A stretch of 32,000 nt of DNA from Patescibacteria group bacterium. GTDB taxonomy: Bacteria > Patescibacteriota > Patescibacteriia > 2-01-FULL-39-33. A program made the translations under genes and the position numbers. A model generated the notes under the pieces. The model saw only the letters and a program-made list of their open reading frames with translations, was not told the origin of the DNA and searched no databases. The stretch is taken from NCBI GenBank assembly GCA_041649575.1, contig JBAZMW010000003.1:150001-182000 (forward strand). The letters are read 5' to 3'. Below, one piece after another: positions 9,414 through 16,200 of the stretch (position 1 is its first letter; each line of letters opens with the position of its first letter).

Positions 9414-9977
9414 CTATTTGGTTTTTTTCTTGCTCAGATAATCGTTAATCGCCTGAACCACCTTGGAGTCACTTTTTAATTTTTCCGTCAGCAGAACATA
9501 ATCCCGATTTATCACCATTTCATCGGTCGGGCCATGCAGCTCATTGCCCAATTTAAACAAAGAGAGTTCTTGTTGGGTTTGTTGCTGATTGGCTGCGGTT
9601 TCCCCTTGTTGAGTGCTTTGCAGTGGCTTGGTGATCACCTGAAGATAATAGATATTAGCTAGAGTCAGGGTCTCTCTACTGGTATCCTTGACCTTACCAA
9701 AATAGACCTGCCCGTTAGACAGAAAAACGGCATACCAGCTGTTTGATGAATAACTGGTTTCGCTGAAGCTGGGCAAATTCAAGCTGGTAAAACGGTCCAG
9801 GACAAACCAACCCAAAAAGACCACCACAATTATTACCACTATGGTAATTATAATTTTAAACCAACCCGACCTGCCTCCTCTTTCATAGGCCAACTCGTCG
9901 GCCATTTCTACTCCGCCGATTTCTGAATTATCCAGATCGACGTCTGACTTTCTTTTGATATTTTTTCTGTATTCCAT
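9414..9977 (-). CDS. Hypothetical single-pass membrane protein
   Basis: 187-aa ORF with TM WFKIIITIVVIIVVVFLGWFVL, SD-like GAGGG upstream and a terminator hairpin downstream (about 9368-9405). Confidence 0.6.
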   Translation of the reverse strand: MEYRKNIKRKSDVDLDNSEIGGVEMADELAYERGGRSGWFKIIITIVVIIVVVFLGWFVLDRFTSLNLPSFSETSYSSNSWYAVFLSNGQVYFGKVKDTSRETLTLANIYYLQVITKPLQSTQQGETAANQQQTQQELSLFKLGNELHGPTDEMVINRDYVLLTEKLKSDSKVVQAINDYLSKKKTK

Positions 9978-10066
9978 TTTACCCTCATTTTTTAAACAGA
10001 GTGAACCCTGTTTAAAATTATTTATTAAATATGTTAATTTTATTAATGTCTCGCTTTTCTATTTTA

Positions 10067-11113
10067 TTATATTTCTTTCTTTGTTTCAAGCAAGTCTTCC
10101 ACTGCCACGCTAAGTGCCGTAGCCACCGGCACCGAGAGTAAAACACCCAAAACGCCGGCCAGCCTGGCGCCGATTAAAACCACGATAATCACGATAACCG
10201 GATTTAAACCAACCGCTTTCTGCATTACCTTTGGCACTAGAACAGTGTTTTCTAATTGCTGGATGACAATATACAGAATAAATACCCACAGAGCCAAAAT
10301 CGGCGATTGGGTAAAAGCCACAAAGACAGCGGGTATTGCCCCCAAAAAAGGCCCCAGATAAGGAATAATCTCCGTCACGCCGGCAAAAAGGGCCAAAACT
10401 AAAGCATACTTGACCTGCAAGGCACTCAAGCCAATTAAACAAGCCAGAAAAATAATTAGCGATAAGGCCAGTTGCCCCCGAAACCACAACCCGATTTTTT
10501 CCTGCATGCGATTAATCAACTGGGAGACGTAAGGCTGGTATTTCACCGGCACCAAAAAACGTAGAGATCTTTTCAGGGCCTGCTCCTCTACTGTCATGTA
10601 AAAAGTGAGCATGATAATGATAAAAAAGGAAACAACGCCGCCGAAAAAAGAAAAAATCGTACCTAAAACGCTATTGGCGGCCAGACCGATATTAGATTGT
10701 AGAGCAGCCAGCGAATCGGAGACGCTTTTACCCCAGCCCTGCTGGTCGGAAAAATTTTGAATAGTACTAAATCCATTGTTAATTTTTTCCCAATAAAAGG
10801 GAAAATCTTTGGAAAGCTCGTTCACTTCGATGACAATCGGTGGTATGATTAAATAAATCGCTCCAGCAAGAACAGAAAAAAGAACCAGATAAATCAATAA
10901 GATGCCCACTACCCGAGGAATCCGATGCCTATGCAGCCACCCCACCCAAGGATCAAAAGCCGAAGTTAGAATTACAGCCACAAAAACTATCAAAATAATG
11001 TTTCTGATATAAAACAAAAAAACCAGAGAAATAACAATTACCAAAATTTTAATCAAGGTGACGGAAGAAATATTGATCGTTGTTTTTTTGTTTTCCTCTG
11101 ACATTTTTGGCAA
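10067..11113 (-). CDS. AI-2E (PerM/UPF0118) family transporter
   Basis: 348 aa, about 8 TM. The conserved C-terminal region (TEIIPYLGPFLGAIPAV...VPKVMQKAVGLNPVIVIIVVL) is typical of the family. The start is TTG 11113 or ATG 11104. Confidence 0.8.
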   Translation of the reverse strand: MPKMSEENKKTTINISSVTLIKILVIVISLVFLFYIRNIILIVFVAVILTSAFDPWVGWLHRHRIPRVVGILLIYLVLFSVLAGAIYLIIPPIVIEVNELSKDFPFYWEKINNGFSTIQNFSDQQGWGKSVSDSLAALQSNIGLAANSVLGTIFSFFGGVVSFFIIIMLTFYMTVEEQALKRSLRFLVPVKYQPYVSQLINRMQEKIGLWFRGQLALSLIIFLACLIGLSALQVKYALVLALFAGVTEIIPYLGPFLGAIPAVFVAFTQSPILALWVFILYIVIQQLENTVLVPKVMQKAVGLNPVIVIIVVLIGARLAGVLGVLLSVPVATALSVAVEDLLETKKEI

Positions 11114-11186
11114 AATTTGATTAAACCTTGATTAAATTATAAGCTAGAGTAAAAATAATGTCAATCGGTCGGCTGGGTGAAATTCT

Positions 11187-11636
11187 ATGAAAATAATCAA
11201 TAAAAACAAAGAGGGTCTGTTCAATTACCAGGTACTGGAAAACTTCGAGGCCGGCGTTGTTCTGACCGGCCCGGAAGTCAAATCGGTCAAGAGCGGACAG
11301 GTCAGTCTCAAGGGCAGTTATATTCGACTGGACAAAAATAATGAAGCCTGGCTGATAAATTGCCATATTTCTCCCTACCAACCGGCGGCCGGCAGTGTCA
11401 AAAATTATGAGCCAACCCAGCCGAGAAAACTGCTACTAAAAAAGAGGGAGCTGCTTTCGCTGGTGGGCAAAAGCAAGCAAAGCGGCTTGACAATTATACC
11501 AACCAGTGTATATACTAGAAAAAGATTAATTAAGGTGGGTCTGGCTCTGGCCAAAGGCAAACGAGAAATCGACAAACGCGAAACCATCAGAAAACGAGAA
11601 GCCGAGCGCCAGATCCAAAGAACCTTAAAAAGATAA
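11187..11636 (+). CDS. smpB: SsrA-binding protein SmpB
   Basis: NKNKEGLFNYQVLENFEAGVVLTGPEVKSVKSGQVSLKGSY matches the SmpB N-terminal signature. tmRNA follows immediately. Confidence 0.9.
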   Translation: MKIINKNKEGLFNYQVLENFEAGVVLTGPEVKSVKSGQVSLKGSYIRLDKNNEAWLINCHISPYQPAAGSVKNYEPTQPRKLLLKKRELLSLVGKSKQSGLTIIPTSVYTRKRLIKVGLALAKGKREIDKRETIRKREAERQIQRTLKR

Positions 11637-11667
11637 AAGTGCTTAACGGTTATTTGATAATAATTCT

Positions 11668-12059
11668 GGGGATGTTTTGATTCGATAGCTTGAAATAGCC
11701 AAGAGGCAGGCCGAGATTGGCAATTGCTCGTTAACTAACAGCCAAACATATAAGTGCCAAAAACTTATTAGCTAAAGTCAAAACTGCTTTTAGCGGTTTA
11801 GCTTTGGCGCCAGCTGTTGCCTAAACAGGCTTAACAGCCATCGCCTTGCCGACGCCTAATAGGCAAATAAGCGGTGTTATATTTTTAGGCTCGACCGGAA
11901 CCATAGTCTGGAGTTCTGGTTAAAATTTTGACCAGACCGTAGGCCGCCAGTGTTTTGCTTCTTTCCAATTGGCGGCTGAAACCCAAAGAAGCAAAAGCCT
12001 GTAAACCGCTGGGCCAATTTTACAGCTAGACAGGAGCTCATTACTCCTCATCTCCACCA
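11668..12059 (+). ncRNA. ssrA: tmRNA (SsrA)
   Basis: 5' ggggatg pairs with 3' catctcc-acca, including the G3:U identity pair. A gattcga box is present near the 5' end and a T-arm-like ggag-ctcatta-ctcc near the 3' end. The in-frame tag ORF ends ...GLALAPAVA-taa (stop at 11822-11824). It lies directly downstream of smpB. Confidence 0.85.
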
Positions 12060-12093
12060 AAAAAATAATCAACAGTCATAAAAAAACTACTTA

Positions 12094-12651
12094 ATGAGAA
12101 AAATTTTTCGGGGCAGAAACTTTCAAGCCGATAAAACTAAATTTTTTCGCGTTAACGAAAAAATCTTTGCCAAGGAAGTAATGGTGATTGACGAGCAGGG
12201 CCAAAAACTGGGTGTCTTGGACAAATGGCAGGCCTTGCAAGAAGCCAAAAACCGCGGCTTCGACCTAGTGGAAGTCTCACCCAAAGAAAACCCGCCGATT
12301 TGCAAAATCATGGATTATGGCAGTTTTAAGTATCAACAAAAAAAGAGTGAAAAAAAACAGCGGGCCAAAAATAAAACAACGGAAATAAAAACCATCAAAC
12401 TATCCAGCCGAATTAGCCAGCACGATACTGATTTCCGCGTCAATCAGGCGTTGAAATTCTTGGAAGAAAAAAATAAAGTTAAGATTGAGTTGCAATTGCG
12501 AGGCCGAGAAAACCAACATGCCGACCTGGCTCGAGAAATGCTGGGAAACTTCGTTAAGGAAGTCCGGCTGCGCCTGCCAGAAAACAGCTTGAAAGTGGAA
12601 CAAGAAGTCAAAAAACAAGGCGGCAATCTTTCCGCCATTATCTCTTCGTAA
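12094..12651 (+). CDS. infC: Translation initiation factor IF-3
   Basis: RVNEKIFAKEVMVIDEQGQKLGVL...GFDLVEVSPKENPPICKIMDYGSFKY. First gene of an infC-rpmI-rplT operon. Confidence 0.9.
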   Translation: MRKIFRGRNFQADKTKFFRVNEKIFAKEVMVIDEQGQKLGVLDKWQALQEAKNRGFDLVEVSPKENPPICKIMDYGSFKYQQKKSEKKQRAKNKTTEIKTIKLSSRISQHDTDFRVNQALKFLEEKNKVKIELQLRGRENQHADLAREMLGNFVKEVRLRLPENSLKVEQEVKKQGGNLSAIISS

Positions 12652-12672
12652 AAATAAAATTTAAAAGTTATT

Positions 12673-12876
12673 ATGCCTAAAAAAATAAAAACCAGACAAG
12701 CGGTCGCCAAAAGATTCAGAGTAACCAAAAAGAAGAAACTGATGAAAAGAACCGGCGGCCAGGATCATTTCAATGCCCGCGAGAGCGGCAAGACCAAGCG
12801 CGGTAAACGGCGTGACACTCAAATTGCCAAAGCCGACCGCAAAAATGTCCGGCAGTTTATGCCTTATAATTATTAA
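12673..12876 (+). CDS. rpmI: Ribosomal protein L35
   Basis: MPKKIKTRQAVAKRFRVTKKKKLMKR; 67 aa; operon position. Confidence 0.9.
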   Translation: MPKKIKTRQAVAKRFRVTKKKKLMKRTGGQDHFNARESGKTKRGKRRDTQIAKADRKNVRQFMPYNY

Positions 12877-12893
12877 TCTAATTTTAATTAACT

Positions 12894-13238
12894 ATGCCCC
12901 GGGTCAAACGAGGAGTAATTCATACTAAGAATCGCAACAATATTTTGCGCCGCACCAAAGGCTTTCAGGCCGGCCGCAAAAAACTTATCAAACTAGCCAA
13001 AACCGCAGCCACCAAGGCCGGCGCTTACGCTTACCGCGACAGAAAAACCAAAAAAAGAAACTTTCGTCGGCTTTGGCAAATTCAGCTTAATGCGGCCGCC
13101 CGAGAACACGGCTATTCTTACAGCCGGTTTATGGCCGGACTGAAGAAAAACAAGATCGAGCTCGATCGTAAAATCCTGGCTCAACTGGCTCAAAAAGAGC
13201 CCAAAATTTTTGCTCAAATAATAGAAAAGATAAAATAA
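12894..13238 (+). CDS. rplT: Ribosomal protein L20
   Basis: MPRVKRGVIHTKNRNNILRRTKGFQAGR...AYAYRDRKTKKRNFRRLW; 114 aa. Confidence 0.95.
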   Translation: MPRVKRGVIHTKNRNNILRRTKGFQAGRKKLIKLAKTAATKAGAYAYRDRKTKKRNFRRLWQIQLNAAAREHGYSYSRFMAGLKKNKIELDRKILAQLAQKEPKIFAQIIEKIK

Positions 13239-13247
13239 TTCTTCACT

Positions 13248-13283
13248 AAAACCGCGCCCTTTCTAAAGGGCGCGGTTTTTTTG
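13248..13283. terminator. Bidirectional terminator between rplT and the giant ORF
   Basis: aaaaccgcgccct-ttcta-aagggcgcggttttttt. Confidence 0.85.
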
Positions 13284-13296
13284 TAAATCAGAAAAT

Positions 13297-16200
13297 TTAA
13301 GCTGTCACTACCTTATCTTGTAAAGGCCGAACCGCCTCTATTACTTTTTTCAAGACAGCGGCGGGATTTTTACCGGCATAAGGAGCCGAGCGGCTGACCG
13401 CCTCGCCAGTGCCCCCCTGATGGCTGGCTTCCATCACCAGTTCGGCGGGGTTGATTCGGACATCGATATTACTCTCTGCCAAAGTAAACTGCAGGACACC
13501 TTTGGTCACCTTGGCCGCCGAGGCCTGGCCAGTTATACCGGCCTCAGAAAGAATCTTGGCAACTTCTTTGCTGGGAGCGGTGCCGGCTTCAACCAGTCTA
13601 GTTAACTTAACCCAGCTTTCAAGGTTTGGAGAGTTTAAGACTTCAGTACCGCTAATTAGCTTGCCAACCGCCGAGTCGGGAGCGACTTCTCCGCCAGCAA
13701 AAGTCAGAACCTTTTTGGCCAAATCGGCGCCATGACTTTCTACCAAACCGTTAAGCGTCTCGCCAGGAACAACTTTGGGGTTCCCGCTATAGAAACTAAC
13801 CACTTCTTTGGCCACACCCTTGACTCCCGATGATAAAATTTCGGCCGCTCGGCCTGGTTCAAGTCCGGCCTCATGCGCCTGACCCATCAGGTCGTAGGCG
13901 GACTGATCTAAACTGACACCAGAACCTTTGACCAAGCCGACTACCTGACGCAAATAAGCATTATTAGACTCTATTTGCGATAGAGTTTTCTCGCTTAGCT
14001 TGCCGGCGGCCTGTAAAACCTTTCCTGTATCACCGGTTTTCGGATCAAAAAAGGTGCTGGCCACTAATTCATTAAACTTATCATTACCGGCTAGTTTGGC
14101 CAGATCTTCAGGAGTGACATGATCGATATTAGCCGGTAAACCAAACTCGGTTGGACTTTTGGCAACCGCGTCTTTGATGGAATCAACCAAATAGGTAATC
14201 TTGCCTTCACGAAAGACAGGTAGCTTTTTGAGAGCTTCCGAAGTCATTTTACTAATATCTACATCCTTCGGCAGTCCAAGTTCGGCGGGATAGGTCTGGC
14301 CGCTTTCTATGGCCTTTTTGACTGTTGATCCGAGCGCTGCTTCGCATTTCTTTTCGATAACTCCCCAGACAGTATGCGAACCTTTAGCCTCAACTCCTTC
14401 GACGACTTCCAGCGCTTGCTCAAATTCAGTCAATTTTTCCGGCGCTTCCGGCCCAGGCGCGGTTTCCGTCGTGGCAGATTCTGCTGGCGCGGCACCTGGG
14501 GTATGTTCTGTTGGCGCACCGCCCGAAGCGGCTTCTGGCGCACCGGCGTCCGGCACTCGCGGAGCTCCTTCTGCTGGTGGGTTGCTCCCTTCAACTGTTG
14601 GTTGCTCTGCCGGCGCGGCGCCAGGAGTATGTTCTGCTGACGCTCCACCAGGAGCGGCTTCTGGCGCACCGGCGTCTAGAACTCGCTGAGCTCCTTCTGC
14701 TGGTGGCTGGCCTTCCGGCGAAACGCCGGCATGAGGGGCTTCCGCACCGCTTCCGCCGCTTCCGGCTTCAGCGGCGCCAGTGGCCGCGCCATGACCACGG
14801 AGCCATTGCCAAGGCTGAATACCGACAACCAGGCCAGCGGCGGCGGCTATCACGCCGCGTTGTATTTCTTTTCTTCTTTCAGCTCGGCCGGTTTGCTCTT
14901 CAGCTTGATGGGAAGTGCTAATATAAAAATCCAATTGATTAGACAAGGCATCGGCCAAAGAATAGCCGCTGGTATCAATGGCAGTCAATCTCTCCTCCAT
15001 TCTAGCCAAACTGGCTTGATACATTTGATCAATAACCGGCTTCATTCTATCGCCAAAAACATCTACTTGACGCTTGCCTTTTCTTTCGGCCAAGGCCGTT
15101 ATTCTGGCCAACTCTTCCTTTAAATCCTTATCGCTTAAACTTCCAAACTTTTTTTCTAACCAAGCTTTGGCAGCTTTAGGATCTTTCCTTTTCTCTTTAG
15201 CGTATTCTTTATAAATCTTCTGGGCTAATCCTTTATCTCCAAAACGTTTAGTAAATCTTTCCAGAGCGGCGTCAACACCCATGGCGGTACCGGTACCGCC
15301 AAGTATTCTTCTGGCAAAAAAGACAGCGGTCAGCAACGGCGCCGAAGCGGCGAAAGAAGTGGCAACGGCCGGAGTGGCCAAAGCCACAGCGGCTCCCAAC
15401 AAAGCGCCGGAAACAATCAGTCTGCCAGTGGCATGACGTTGCCACCATCCTTTAAGTCTTTCTCCTCTGCTTTTTTCCTTACCTTCAAACTCGGCCCAGA
15501 CTAGTTGGTTTTCCTTATCATACAAATCAACCAGTCCCTGAGCTAGACGATCTGGAAACATGGCCAGAGGACTAAGTTCACCGGTCTGTACTTTGGATCG
15601 GATCGACTCTTGCAAAGTCGCTTCATAAGAACGCCTTAACTGCTCTAACTTCTGCTCGCCCTTCTTGCCGCGGAATTCGGATTTGCCAATAAGTTTCATC
15701 CTCTCTCGCCTGGCTTGATAATAGGCCTTGCGGGCTTGATCTAGGGTTGGTTTGTCTTCTTCAGTCTCAATTATTATAGGTCCTTCACCAGTTTTATCTG
15801 ATGGAGGAAAAGGAGCGGCATCATCTTCCTCTTCATGAGACTTTAGTGTCGATTCTTCCGATTCATCTTCTAATTCATCTTCCGGCTTCTTTCCTGATTC
15901 CTCAAGCTCACGCACAAGACGTTCAGCCTCAGCTAGATCAAGAGGTGCTGACTCTGACTCTAATGGAGGCGCTATTAATTCCACATCAAGAACCGACTCA
16001 ATCCAAGTCGCGTATGCCTTATTATCGACAAAATTAAAGGTACGTATATAGGGTTTTTCTCCCTCTTCCACTAAACCAAGAAATTTTTCTTCATAGGTCG
16101 CTGATAAATAAGTGACTCTTATCATGCTCCCTGGCTTAATACCCCTAAATTTTTCCAAAAGTCTTTCTGTTCTTTCGGCCGGACTTTCCTCTGGCAACGG

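Noticed and set aside
14486-14706. The 126-nt near-identical repeats as a diversity-generating retroelement TR/VR pair.
   Set aside because: The differences between copies involve all four bases and are not adenine-specific. The copies are adjacent and in-frame. No reverse transcriptase gene is present in the window.
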